Shown in pieces: positions 1 through 8,824 of a stretch of DNA of 20,154 nt. Every line of letters begins with the position of its first letter. The stretch's first letter is position 1. The position numbers were made by a program, and so were the translations under genes. This stretch comes from Candidatus Methylomirabilia bacterium (GTDB lineage Bacteria > Methylomirabilota > Methylomirabilia > Rokubacteriales > CSP1-6). Under the pieces are notes generated by a model. The model was given only the letters and a program-made list of their open reading frames with translations, was not told the DNA's origin and ran no database searches. Where the stretch lies: the NCBI GenBank assembly GCA_041492755.1, contig JBGPXN010000080.1, positions 1 to 20,154 of the forward strand, read 5' to 3'.

Positions 1-430
1 CGTAGCCCACGAAAGCGTCGGGAGACGGAAAGGCGATACGCTTGCCGTCGAGCCCGCGCAGGTCGCGGACGGCGCTGTCGACAGGCACCGCGAGCACGCC
101 GCAGATGGGGTCGCCGCCCCAGCGCGCCACGACGCGGAAGCCGACGTGATCGAACTCCGGTTGAAAGTTGTGGTTCGTGAACACGAAGTCGAAGTCGCCA
201 CGGGCCATCATCGCGTTGGTGTCCTGCACCGTCGGCCCCATCCGGAGCTGCAGCGGCACGCCGGTCGCCGACGTGAGGTAGTGCAGGATCGGATTCCAGC
301 GCTCGGCGGTCCGGGCAGGACTCTGCTGGTTCAGGACGCCGAAGGCGAGCGGGCGGTCCTGGGCGGCGGCGCCGCCGAGAGCGACGGCCACCACCAGGAA
401 CGGCGCGAGCAGGGCGGGAAGAGTCCTCAT
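1..430 (-). CDS. Phosphate/phosphite/phosphonate (PhnD-family) substrate-binding protein, runs off the left window edge
   Basis: Not in the ORF track; translated by hand from ATG at 430: MRTLPALLAPFLVVAVALGGAAAQDRPLAFGVLNQQSPARTAERWNPILHYLTSATGVPLQLRMGPTVQDTNAMMARGDFDFVFTNH...LDGKRIAFPSPDAFVGY. It has a signal peptide with an AAA cleavage motif, PhnD-like WNPI..YL and L.GKRIAF segments, and an SD-like AGGGG upstream. Confidence 0.8.
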   Translation of the reverse strand, partial: MRTLPALLAPFLVVAVALGGAAAQDRPLAFGVLNQQSPARTAERWNPILHYLTSATGVPLQLRMGPTVQDTNAMMARGDFDFVFTNHNFQPEFDHVGFRVVARWGGDPICGVLAVPVDSAVRDLRGLDGKRIAFPSPDAFVGY

Positions 431-444
431 GCGGTCCCCTGTTC

Positions 445-472
445 CGATCGGCACGTTCGGCCCCGGGGTTTA
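445..472 (-). promoter_or_regulatory. Putative sigma28 (FliA/SigD/WhiG)-type promoter for the PhnD-like gene
   Basis: Minus strand reads TAAA (472-469), 16 nt, GCCGATCG (452-445), ending 14 nt before the ATG at 430. The consensus is TAAA-N15/16-GCCGATA(A/T). Confidence 0.5.
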
Positions 473-496
473 ACCCGGCCCGCGACACCATGACGC

Positions 497-904
497 TCAG
501 CGGTTGATAAGCTCCAGCCTGGCGAGCAGCTCCTCGACCGAGGACACCAGCGTGGCCAGCGATTCCTGGATCATCAGATTCACCCGCTCTTCGGTGTTGG
601 CGATCCGCGTATCGGTCCGAAGACCGATGACCGGCACGGCCTGCGCGTAGGCAAACCCGATCTCCCACGCGGTGCCGTCGTCGACCAGCGCCCCGTCGCA
701 GACCGCGACCACGACGTCGGCGCGCTTCAGCCCGGCGACGTCGGCGCGGAAGATTCGGGCGGGGTAGCCGCTGGCCTTGTCCTGAGGCACGTCGCGCTGC
801 GGAAGGAAGACCTCGTGGCCGAGAGCTTCGAGCCGCCGGGCGAGCGCCGCGTTGAACGCCCGCTCTCCATCCGTGAACAGCGGCCCGGCGAGGTAGATGC
901 GCAT
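497..904 (-). CDS. Nucleoside 2-deoxyribosyltransferase family protein
   Basis: C-terminal part of ORF 497..1276: MRIYLAGPLF...VFLPQ...ADVVVAVCDG..VDDGTAWEIGFAYA..VPVIGLRTD...VNLMI. Shows the family Tyr, the DxGTxxE motif with the catalytic Glu, and NLM. Start is ATG 904 (alternative ATG 916). Confidence 0.88.
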   Translation of the reverse strand: MRIYLAGPLFTDGERAFNAALARRLEALGHEVFLPQRDVPQDKASGYPARIFRADVAGLKRADVVVAVCDGALVDDGTAWEIGFAYAQAVPVIGLRTDTRIANTEERVNLMIQESLATLVSSVEELLARLELINR

Positions 905-914
905 CGCGACGGTC

Positions 915-920
915 ATTGTA
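915..920 (-). promoter_or_regulatory. Putative -10 element (TACAAT) for the deoxyribosyltransferase gene
   Basis: TACAAT on the minus strand, 10 nt before ATG 904. No SD and no good -35. Confidence 0.45.
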
Positions 921-937
921 CGAGGCTTGGGTGGCGG

Positions 938-966
938 TTGACCCCTCCCCGGACTCCGCCTAGACT
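938..966 (+). promoter_or_regulatory. sigma70-type promoter of the Opp/Dpp-type operon
   Basis: TTGACC (938-943), 17 nt, TAGACT (961-966). SD AGGAGG at 995-1000 precedes ATG 1008. Confidence 0.7.
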
Positions 967-1007
967 CGCCGCGCACCTGGAGCCCTGATTCCACAGGAGG
1001 AATCGAC

Positions 1008-2948
1008 ATGCGCCTCGACACAGGGACACGGACCGCGAGGGCCGTCGGGGTACTGCTCGCCGTTCTCATGTCGCTGGCACTCGCGGCCCCGGCGGCGGCG
1101 CAACCGAAGCGGTACAAGGAAGCGCCCGCGCTCGCCGAGCAGGTCAAGGCCGGCAAGCTGCCGCCGGTGGAGAAGCGGCTGCCCGAGAATCCGCTCGTCG
1201 TCCCGGTCGTCGAACGCACGGGCCAGTATGGCGGGGTGTGGCGCCGGGCGTTCCTCGGTCCCGCCGACGCCAACAACTACGTGCGCGTGGTCTACGATGC
1301 GCTGGTGCGCTTCTCCCCCGACGGCGCCAAGATCGAGCCGAAGATCGCGGCGGGCTGGGACTCGTCGAAGGACTTCAAGGCGTGGACGATCAAGCTCCGC
1401 AAGGGCGCCCGGTGGTCCGACGGCGCGCCCTTCACCGCGGACGACGTCCTCTTCTGGTACAAGGACGTCCTGCTCAACAAGGACCTCGTCCCCGTCGTGC
1501 CCGCGTGGATGCGGAATGCGGACGGCACGCCGGCCGGCGTGGAGAAGGTGGACGCCTACACGGTCCGGTTCACCTTCGCCCAGCCGGCGACGCTGTTCCT
1601 CACCGCGCTCGCCAACCAGGACGGCGGCGATCGCACGTACGCGGCCTTCCTGCCCGCGCACTACCTCAAGAAGTTCCACCCCGCCTACGCCAAGAAGGAC
1701 GACGTGGAGAAGATGGTGCAGGCGGCGGGCTTCAAGACGTGGACCGAGCTGTTCGCCGCGCGCAACGCGCCGCCCGAGAGCCCGGAGCGGCCCACGATGG
1801 CGGCGTGGGTGCCGGCCACGCGGGTGAGCGATCAGGTGTTCACGCTCAAGCGCAACCCCTACTTCGTGGGGGTCGATCCCGACGGCAACCAGCTTCCGTA
1901 TCTCGACGAGGTCCGCTTCACGTTCTTCGCCGACGTCCAGGCGCTGAACCTGGCCGCCATCGCCGGCGAGCTCGACATGCAGGAGCGGCACATCCAGATG
2001 ACGAACTACCCGGTCTTCAAGGAGAACGAGAAGACCGGCAAATACCGAGTCATCACCTGGCCGACCTTCGGCGGCGCCGACGCGGTGATCGCGTTCAACC
2101 AGTCCTACAAGGCCGATCCGGAGATCGCCAAGCTCCTCGCCAGCAAGGGGTTCCGGATCGCGCTGTCCCACGCGATCAACCGCGACCAGATCAAGGAATC
2201 GGTCTTCCTCGGCCTCGGCGAGCCGCGGCAGGGCGTGCCGGCGCCGTGGCATCCGTACTTCCCGGGGAAGGAATGGGCGACGAAGTACACCCAGTACAAG
2301 CCCGACGAAGCCAACAAGATGCTGGACGCGCTGGGGCTCACCAAGCGCGATGGCCAGGGCATCCGGCTCATGCCGAACGGCAAGCCGGTGACGATCGAGC
2401 TCAGCGTGGTGCCGGCGTTCGCGGCGTGGCCCGACGTGGCGCAGCTCGTGGCCAAGGACTGGGAGAAGGTCGGCGTCAAGGTGCTCGTGCAGATCCGCGA
2501 GCGCGCGCTGCACTTCAAGATGCGCGAGGCCAACGAGCTGCAGACCGAGATGTGGAACGAGGACACCACGGCGTTTCCGTTCACCGGCAACGCCAAGGTC
2601 GATCCGCGCAACTCGCCCATCCTGACCCTCGGTCCGCTGTTCGGAAAGTGGGTGCAGACCAAGGGCAAGGAAGGCATGGAGCCGCCGGCGCCGATCAAGA
2701 AGATCATGGAGCTGGTCGACACCGCCCGCACGGTGGGCCCCGACCAGCAAGTGAAGCTCGCCCAGGAGCTGTTCAAGATCTGGGCCGACAACGTCTACGA
2801 GATCGGGACGGTCGGCCTGACGCCCATGGTCCAGGGCGTGGTCGTGGCCAACACCCGCTTCCGCAACGTGCCAACGACCCTCGGCAACGACTGGCCGCTG
2901 CGGAGCCCCGGGAACGCCCGCGCCGAGCAGTTCTACTTCACGAGGTAG
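1008..2948 (+). CDS. ABC transporter substrate-binding protein, family 5 (OppA/DppA-like)
   Basis: 646 aa with signal peptide; EAP.L...V..GKLPPVEKRLP; LRKGARWSDGAPFTADDV; RNPYF..D..GNQLPYLD; FRIALSHAINR; strong SD. Confidence 0.93.
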   Translation: MRLDTGTRTARAVGVLLAVLMSLALAAPAAAQPKRYKEAPALAEQVKAGKLPPVEKRLPENPLVVPVVERTGQYGGVWRRAFLGPADANNYVRVVYDALVRFSPDGAKIEPKIAAGWDSSKDFKAWTIKLRKGARWSDGAPFTADDVLFWYKDVLLNKDLVPVVPAWMRNADGTPAGVEKVDAYTVRFTFAQPATLFLTALANQDGGDRTYAAFLPAHYLKKFHPAYAKKDDVEKMVQAAGFKTWTELFAARNAPPESPERPTMAAWVPATRVSDQVFTLKRNPYFVGVDPDGNQLPYLDEVRFTFFADVQALNLAAIAGELDMQERHIQMTNYPVFKENEKTGKYRVITWPTFGGADAVIAFNQSYKADPEIAKLLASKGFRIALSHAINRDQIKESVFLGLGEPRQGVPAPWHPYFPGKEWATKYTQYKPDEANKMLDALGLTKRDGQGIRLMPNGKPVTIELSVVPAFAAWPDVAQLVAKDWEKVGVKVLVQIRERALHFKMREANELQTEMWNEDTTAFPFTGNAKVDPRNSPILTLGPLFGKWVQTKGKEGMEPPAPIKKIMELVDTARTVGPDQQVKLAQELFKIWADNVYEIGTVGLTPMVQGVVVANTRFRNVPTTLGNDWPLRSPGNARAEQFYFTR

Positions 2949-2953
2949 CTCGA

Positions 2954-3001
2954 GCCGACGCGGCCGGCCCGCGCGCGGGGCGGGGCCGGCCGTAGCTCGG
3001 C
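2954..3001 (+). repeat. Intercistronic GC-rich stem-loop after the SBP gene
   Basis: CGGCCGGCCC (2961-2970) pairs with GGGCCGGCCG (2983-2992), and outer GCCGA (2954-2958) pairs with TCGGC (2997-3001). No U-tract. Confidence 0.7.
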
Positions 3002-3011
3002 GTAGTCGACG

Positions 3012-3998
3012 ATGACCCGTTACATCCTGCAACGCGTGCTCCTGCTGCCGCTTCTCCTGTTCGTCTTCTCGGTGACCGTGTTCGCGATCGTGCAGGCGCC
3101 GCCCGGCGATTTCCTGACCGCGTACACGGCGACGCTCGCCTCGTCGGGTACGTCCATCAGCGCCGAGCACCTGGAGGCGCTGCGGCGGGAGTACGGCCTC
3201 GATCAGCCGCTGTACGTGCAGTACCTCAAGTGGATGCGCAACCTCCTGCACGGCAACCTCGGCCTCTCGCTCGAGTACCAGCGCCCGAACGCCGAGCTGA
3301 TCGGCGAGCGGCTGGTGCTCACCGTGCTGCTCGCGCTGCTCTCCTTCGTCTTCACGTGGGCCGTCGCCATCCCGGCCGGGGTCTACTCGGCGACCCATCA
3401 ACGGTCGCTCCTCGACTACGTCCTGACCGTCCTGAACTACGTCGGCGTGGCCACGCCGAACTTCATGCTGGCCCTCATCCTCATGTGGATGGCGTTCGCG
3501 TACTTCGGCATCGGCGTCACCGGGCTCTTCTCCCCGGACTTCGTGGAGGCGCGGTGGAGTCCGGCGCGCGTGATCGACCTCTTGAAGCACATCTGGCTGC
3601 CGGCGGTGGTGCTCGGCGTCGCCGGGACGGCGCGTCTCACGCGCGTGATGCGCGCGAACCTCCTCGACGAGCTCAACAAGCCGTACGTGACGACGGCGCG
3701 CGCGAAGGGGCTGTCCGAGTGGCGGCTCGTGTGGCGCTACCCGGTGCGGCTGGCCCTCAATCCGCTGGTGAGCACGATCGGCTGGTACCTGCCCGCGCTG
3801 TTCTCGGGCAGCCTGATCGTGGCCACCGTGATGAACCTGCCCAACATCGGGCCGCTGCTCCTGCGCGCCCTCGTCAACCAGGACATGTACCTGGCCGGCA
3901 GCATCCTGCTCATCTACTGCTTCCTGACCATCATCGGCACCCTCATCTCCGACATCCTGCTCGTCTGGCTCGATCCCCGCATCCGGATGAACCGCTGA
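3012..3998 (+). CDS. Peptide/nickel-family ABC permease (OppB/DppB-like)
   Basis: 328 aa; APPGD, YGLDQPLYVQY, YVTTARAKGLSE (EAA loop), DILLVWLDPRI. Confidence 0.93.
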   Translation: MTRYILQRVLLLPLLLFVFSVTVFAIVQAPPGDFLTAYTATLASSGTSISAEHLEALRREYGLDQPLYVQYLKWMRNLLHGNLGLSLEYQRPNAELIGERLVLTVLLALLSFVFTWAVAIPAGVYSATHQRSLLDYVLTVLNYVGVATPNFMLALILMWMAFAYFGIGVTGLFSPDFVEARWSPARVIDLLKHIWLPAVVLGVAGTARLTRVMRANLLDELNKPYVTTARAKGLSEWRLVWRYPVRLALNPLVSTIGWYLPALFSGSLIVATVMNLPNIGPLLLRALVNQDMYLAGSILLIYCFLTIIGTLISDILLVWLDPRIRMNR

Positions 3999-5137
3999 TG
4001 GCGGACGTGGCGGCGCCGCCCACCGTGGACGTCGGCGCGGCGCCGTCCGCCGCCGAAGAGCGCGTCTCGGTCGCGTCGAACTGGACGCTGGTCTGGTGGC
4101 GTCTGCGCAAGCACCGGCTGGCCCTGGCCAGCGCGGTCGTGCTGATCCTCTTCTACGCGGTCGTGCTGTGCCCGGACTTCTTCAGCACGCAGGATCCCGA
4201 GCTGACGGAGGCGCGGCTGGCGTTCATCCCGGTGCAGCGGCTGCACGTCTTCGACGGCGGGCGCTGGAGCCCGTGGGTCCCCGCGGTGGTGGGCAAGCGC
4301 AACCCCACGACGCTCCGCATGGAATGGGCGGCCGACCCGGGGCGTAAGGTGCCGGTGGGTTTCTTCGTCCGCGGCCACTCGTACCGGCTGTTCGGCGTCA
4401 TGCCCGCGAACGTCCACCTGATGGGCGCGACCAACCTGGCCGCCGGGCGCGCGTACCTGCTCGGAACGGACCGGCTGGGACGCGATCAGTGGTCGCGGCT
4501 CATGCACGGCACGCAGACGTCGATGACGATCGGGCTCGTCGCCGTCACTCTGAGCGTGCTGCTCGGCGTGGTGCTCGGTGGCGTGTCCGGCTACTTCGGC
4601 GGCCTGGCCGACGCCATCATCCAGCGGCTGATCGAGCTGCTGCAGTCACTGCCGACGATCCCGATCTGGCTCGCGCTCACGGCGGCGCTGCCGCGCGACT
4701 GGACGCCGCAGCAGGTGTTCCTCGCCATCACCGTGATCCTGTCGCTGGTGGGCTGGACGGCGCTCGGCCGGGAAGTGCGCGGGCGGTTCCTGGCGCTGCG
4801 CGAGGAGGACTTCGTGCTGGCCGCGGAGCTGGCCGGGTGCAGCCGCGCGCGGATCATCGGCCGCCACATGGTGCCGACGTTCCTCAGCCACATCATCGCC
4901 ACCAGCACCCTCGCCATTCCCGTGATGATCATCAACGAGACGTCGCTGAGCTTCCTCGGCCTCGGCATCCGACCGCCCGCCATCAGCTGGGGCGTGCTCC
5001 TGCAGGAGGCGCAAAACCTCCAGACGGTCGCGCTCGCGCCGTGGCTGCTCATCCCGGGTCTGCTCGTGATCGTGGCGGTGCTGGCGTTCAACCTCTTGGG
5101 TGACGGACTCCGCGATGCCGCCGATCCCTATGGTTGA
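3998..5137 (+). CDS. Peptide/nickel-family ABC permease (OppC/DppC-like)
   Basis: TGATG overlap gives the start at 3998 (MADVAAPP...). Motifs [46 protein letters not shown]. Confidence 0.92.
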   Translation: MADVAAPPTVDVGAAPSAAEERVSVASNWTLVWWRLRKHRLALASAVVLILFYAVVLCPDFFSTQDPELTEARLAFIPVQRLHVFDGGRWSPWVPAVVGKRNPTTLRMEWAADPGRKVPVGFFVRGHSYRLFGVMPANVHLMGATNLAAGRAYLLGTDRLGRDQWSRLMHGTQTSMTIGLVAVTLSVLLGVVLGGVSGYFGGLADAIIQRLIELLQSLPTIPIWLALTAALPRDWTPQQVFLAITVILSLVGWTALGREVRGRFLALREEDFVLAAELAGCSRARIIGRHMVPTFLSHIIATSTLAIPVMIINETSLSFLGLGIRPPAISWGVLLQEAQNLQTVALAPWLLIPGLLVIVAVLAFNLLGDGLRDAADPYG

Positions 5138-6305
5138 TACAGTCACGGCGCCGAACGGCGGGGAGCCGTTGCTGTCGGTGCGCGAGCTGCGCGTGGCGTT
5201 TGTCATGGACGAGGGCGTGGTGCGGGCGGTGGATGGCGCGAGCTTCGACGTCTTCCCCGGTCAGGTGCTCGGCATCGTCGGGGAAAGCGGCTGCGGCAAG
5301 AGTGTCACCATGAAGGCGGTCTTGCAGATCGTGGAGCCGCCGGGCCGCATCGTGTCGGGCGAGATCCTGTTTCGGCGGCGCGGCAGCACGCCGGACGCGG
5401 CGTCCCACGCCACCGGCAAAATCGCCACCGGCGAGATCGCCACCGGCGAGATCGTGGATCTCGCGCGGCTCGACCCGCGCGGCCCCGCGATGCGCGCGAT
5501 CCGGGGCGCCGAGATCGCGCTCATCCCGCAGGAGCCGATGGCGGCCTTCAGCCCCGTCCACACCGTCGGCGATCAGATCGTCGAAGCGATCATGCTGCAC
5601 CGCCGCCAATGGCGGCCGGAAGGGCCGCGGCTGAGGCGCCGGGAGGCTCGGGACATCACGGCGGGCCTGTTCCGCGACGTCGGCATCTCGATGCCCGACG
5701 AGCGCCTGGACGCGTACTCGTGGCAGCTCTCCGGCGGCCTCCGCCAGCGCGCCATGATCGCCATGGCGCTGTCGTGCAGGCCTCGCCTGCTGATTGCCGA
5801 CGAGCCCACCACGGCGATCGACGTGACGACCCAGGCGCAGGTGCTGGACCTGCTGCGCGGGCTGCAGGCGAAGTACCGCACCGCCATCGTGTTCATCACC
5901 CACGACCTGGGCGTCATCGCGCAGATCGCCCACCACGTCGTCGTGATGTATCTCGGCCGCGTGATGGAGCAGGGTCCCGTGGACGACATCTTCCACGCGC
6001 CCAAGCACCCCTACACGCGCGCGCTCCTGCGCTCGATCCCCAGTCTGCGCTCCCCGTCGCGGGTGAAGCTGCCGATCATCAGCGGCTCGCTTCCCCACCC
6101 GTTCAACCGGCCGTCGGGCTGTCCGTTCCATCCGCGCTGCGCCGACGCCGTTCCTGGCGTGTGCGGGCGGCGCGTGCCGAGCTTGCAGCCGGTCGGCGAA
6201 CGGCAATCGGCGAGCTGTTTTCTCTATCACGACGTGGCGGAGCCTCACGACGTGCCGCAGCCCCACCGGGCAGACGAGCGTCGGCAGGGGGAGAAGACGT
6301 CGTGA
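5130..6305 (+). CDS. ABC ATP-binding subunit (OppD/DppD-like)
   Basis: Walker [13 protein letters not shown], Walker [18 protein letters not shown] and C-terminal [11 protein letters not shown] 5130 overlaps the upstream stop. Confidence 0.92.
   Translation: MVDTVTAPNGGEPLLSVRELRVAFVMDEGVVRAVDGASFDVFPGQVLGIVGESGCGKSVTMKAVLQIVEPPGRIVSGEILFRRRGSTPDAASHATGKIATGEIATGEIVDLARLDPRGPAMRAIRGAEIALIPQEPMAAFSPVHTVGDQIVEAIMLHRRQWRPEGPRLRRREARDITAGLFRDVGISMPDERLDAYSWQLSGGLRQRAMIAMALSCRPRLLIADEPTTAIDVTTQAQVLDLLRGLQAKYRTAIVFITHDLGVIAQIAHHVVVMYLGRVMEQGPVDDIFHAPKHPYTRALLRSIPSLRSPSRVKLPIISGSLPHPFNRPSGCPFHPRCADAVPGVCGRRVPSLQPVGERQSASCFLYHDVAEPHDVPQPHRADERRQGEKTS
5409..5453 (+). repeat. In-frame 15-bp tandem repeat x3 ([15 protein letters not shown])
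   Basis: GCCACCGGCAAAATC GCCACCGGCGAGATC GCCACCGGCGAGATC. Confidence 0.9.
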
Positions 6306-7366
6306 CGTCTCGCGCGTCCACCGGCGGCACGATCCCGCCGGTTGGCGCCCCGCTCCTGGAAGTTCGCCGGCTCCGGAAGTTCTTCCCGATCCACAAGGGC
6401 TTCGCCCGCCGCGTGGTGGGCCACGTCCGCGCCGTGGACGACGTGAGCTTCGTCATCCACGAAGGCGAGACGCTCGGCTTGGTGGGCGAGAGCGGCTGCG
6501 GCAAGACGACGACGTCCCGGTGCGTGCTGCGGGCGATGGCGCCGACGAGCGGCGAAATCCTCTTCCGCGCCGCCGATGGTCGCGTCGTCGACCTCGCGTC
6601 ACTGTCCCGGCACGAGCTGCGGCCGCTGCGGCCCCAGATCCAGATGGTCTTCCAGGATCCGTTCGGCTCGCTGAACCCTCGCATGACTCTCTTTGACAAC
6701 GTAGGCGAGCCGCTCCTCGTGAACGGGGTGCGGAATCGGCGCTCGCGCATGGACCGCGTCGCCGAGCTCCTCCGCCTGGTGGGCCTGCGTCCGGAGTTCA
6801 TGCATCGCTTCCCGCACGCGTTCAGCGGCGGCCAGCGCCAGCGCATCGGCATCGCGCGCGCCCTCGCCACCGAGCCCCGGCTCGTGGTGGCCGACGAGCC
6901 GGTCTCGGCGCTCGACGTGTCCGTGCAAGCCCAGGTGCTGAATCTGTTGCTGGAGCTGCAGGAGCGGTTGCACCTGACCTATCTCTTCGTCGCCCACGAC
7001 CTGAGCGTGGTGAAGCACGTCTGCGATCGCGTGGCCGTGATGTACGTCGGCCAGCTCGTCGAGACGGCGCCGACGGCGGCGATCTTCTCCCGCCCGCGCC
7101 ATCCCTACACCGCCGCGCTGATGCGCGCCGTGCCCGTCCCCGATCCGCGCGTGCCGAGCGGCGACGTCGTGCTCAAGGGCGACGTGCCCAGCCCGGCGAA
7201 TCCCCCCGCCGGGTGCTACTTCCATCCGCGCTGTCCGTTCGCGGTCGAGCGGTGCCGCCTCGAGCCGCCGGCCTTGCGTGAAGTCGCGCCCGATCACTTC
7301 GCCCGCTGTCATCTCGCCGACGAGCTCGAGCTCGATGGGGTGGGGACGGGCGAGGCGGTGGGCTAA
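6302..7366 (+). CDS. ABC ATP-binding subunit (OppF/DppF-like)
   Basis: GTGA overlap start at 6302. Motifs [39 protein letters not shown]. Confidence 0.92.
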   Translation: MTSRASTGGTIPPVGAPLLEVRRLRKFFPIHKGFARRVVGHVRAVDDVSFVIHEGETLGLVGESGCGKTTTSRCVLRAMAPTSGEILFRAADGRVVDLASLSRHELRPLRPQIQMVFQDPFGSLNPRMTLFDNVGEPLLVNGVRNRRSRMDRVAELLRLVGLRPEFMHRFPHAFSGGQRQRIGIARALATEPRLVVADEPVSALDVSVQAQVLNLLLELQERLHLTYLFVAHDLSVVKHVCDRVAVMYVGQLVETAPTAAIFSRPRHPYTAALMRAVPVPDPRVPSGDVVLKGDVPSPANPPAGCYFHPRCPFAVERCRLEPPALREVAPDHFARCHLADELELDGVGTGEAVG

Positions 7367-7387
7367 CCGCACGGGAAGAGGGGTGGC

Positions 7388-7416
7388 TTGACAGGTTGCG
7401 ATAGTTGACGCAGAGT
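7388..7416 (+). promoter_or_regulatory. sigma70-type promoter of the Liv-type operon
   Basis: Perfect TTGACA (7388-7393), 17 nt, CAGAGT (7411-7416). SD AAGGAGG precedes ATG 7491. Confidence 0.6.
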
Positions 7417-7490
7417 CGCCCACGCTTCGACCCTTCGCTCCCACGCCCCTCGTCTGGCGCGCCACCGCGGGGGGGAAGGAGGCGGTCCCC

Positions 7491-8771
7491 ATGGCGGCGA
7501 CCCGGCTCGGTGTCCTCTCCCGGCTCCTCGTCCTGATCCTTGCGCTCGCGCTCGTCATCGGCCCCCACGCGGCGTGGGCGCAGGGCAAGCCGATCCGCAT
7601 CGGCGAGATCAACTCGTACAGCGGCGTCGCCACCGTCTACACCTTCCCCTATCGGGAAGGGCTGGCCATGGCGCTCAAGGAGATCAACGACGCCGGCGGC
7701 GTGCTCGGGCGCCCGATCGAGATCATCCATCGCGACGACAAGCTCAAGCCCGATGAAGCCGTGAAGGCCGCGCGCGAGCTGGTGCTGCAGGACAAGGTCG
7801 ACTTCCTCGCCGGCTGCATCACGAGCGCGGTCGGCCTGGCCATCTCCGCCTACGCCAAGGACGCCAAGGTCCTCTACTTCGCCACCCACTGCCAGACCTC
7901 GCGGCTGACCTGGGACGACGGCCACCCGTACGTGGCGCACACGACGAACAACGTCAACCAGTACGTCCGCGTCGCGGCCCGGAAGGCGGCCGCGCTGCCC
8001 GTCAAGAAGTGGGCGCACATCTCGCCCGACTACGAGTACGGGCACAACATGTGGGAAGAGTTCTCGACCTATCTCAAGAAGCTCAAGCCCGACGTCCAGT
8101 TCGTCCAGCAGAACTGGCCGAAGCTCGGCGAGCCGGACCACAGCTCGTACGTCACGGCGATCCTCCAGTCCGGCGCGGACGGGCTCTTCAGCTCGCTGTG
8201 GGGTGCCCAGGAGATCGCCTTCGTCAAGCAGGCGCGTCCCTTCGGGCTGTTCGACAAGGTGAAGTTCGTCGCCCCCGCCGTGGGCAACCCCGACGAGCTC
8301 GATCCGCTCGGCAAGGAAGCACCGGTGGGCGCCATCACGACCGGCTTCGCCTGGTACGACGCCGGGCTCCAGAAGCTCCACCCCAAGCTGCTGGACTGGA
8401 CCAAGCGCTACACGGAGTGGGCGAAGGCCAAGGGGCTCAAGGACCCGCAGCCCAAGCTCGGCGCCTCCTGGGGCTACGCGAGCGCCTACATCATCGCGGA
8501 GGCCATCAAGCGCGCGAAGAGCACCGACACCGACAAGGTCATCGCCGTCCTCAGCGAGGGCTTCGACATGGACTTCCCGTGGGGCAAGGTCCAGATGCGC
8601 GGCTGCGACCAGCAGGCCATCCCGCCCCAGTGGGCCAGCGTCGTGAAGCTCGACGCCCAGGGCAAGCCGTTCATCGGAGACGTCGAGGAGATCCACGGCA
8701 GGGACGTCGTGCGGAGCTGCGACGAGGTCAAGGAACTGCGCGCCGCGGCCGCCGCGAAGCAAAAGAAGTAG
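7491..8771 (+). CDS. Branched-chain amino acid-family (LivK-like) substrate-binding protein
   Basis: 426 aa with signal peptide AWA-Q; IRIGEINSYSG, EINDAGGVLGRPIE, RDDKLKPDEAV, PDYEYG. Confidence 0.92.
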   Translation: MAATRLGVLSRLLVLILALALVIGPHAAWAQGKPIRIGEINSYSGVATVYTFPYREGLAMALKEINDAGGVLGRPIEIIHRDDKLKPDEAVKAARELVLQDKVDFLAGCITSAVGLAISAYAKDAKVLYFATHCQTSRLTWDDGHPYVAHTTNNVNQYVRVAARKAAALPVKKWAHISPDYEYGHNMWEEFSTYLKKLKPDVQFVQQNWPKLGEPDHSSYVTAILQSGADGLFSSLWGAQEIAFVKQARPFGLFDKVKFVAPAVGNPDELDPLGKEAPVGAITTGFAWYDAGLQKLHPKLLDWTKRYTEWAKAKGLKDPQPKLGASWGYASAYIIAEAIKRAKSTDTDKVIAVLSEGFDMDFPWGKVQMRGCDQQAIPPQWASVVKLDAQGKPFIGDVEEIHGRDVVRSCDEVKELRAAAAAKQKK

Positions 8772-8781
8772 CGCCGGGTTT

Positions 8782-8805
8782 CGGGGTGGGGCGCGCCCCA
8801 CCCCG
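8782..8805. repeat. Perfect 24-bp palindrome after the LivK-like gene
   Basis: CGGGGTGGGGCGCGCCCCACCCCG is its own reverse complement, with flanking GCCGGG/CCCGGC pairing. Confidence 0.85.
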
Positions 8806-8824
8806 GCGCCCGGCCGAGTCGATC

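Noticed and set aside
146..493. 115-aa plus-strand ORF
   Set aside because: It is antisense to the PhnD-like gene, which has the signal peptide, SD and family motifs.
960..3590. 876-aa antisense ORF and many other long antisense or alternate-frame ORFs (e.g. 5088-6266, 7173-8801, 13592-14719, 17641-19107)
   Set aside because: They are shadows of real genes caused by high-GC codon bias, have Arg/Gly/His-rich non-protein-like translations and show no motifs.
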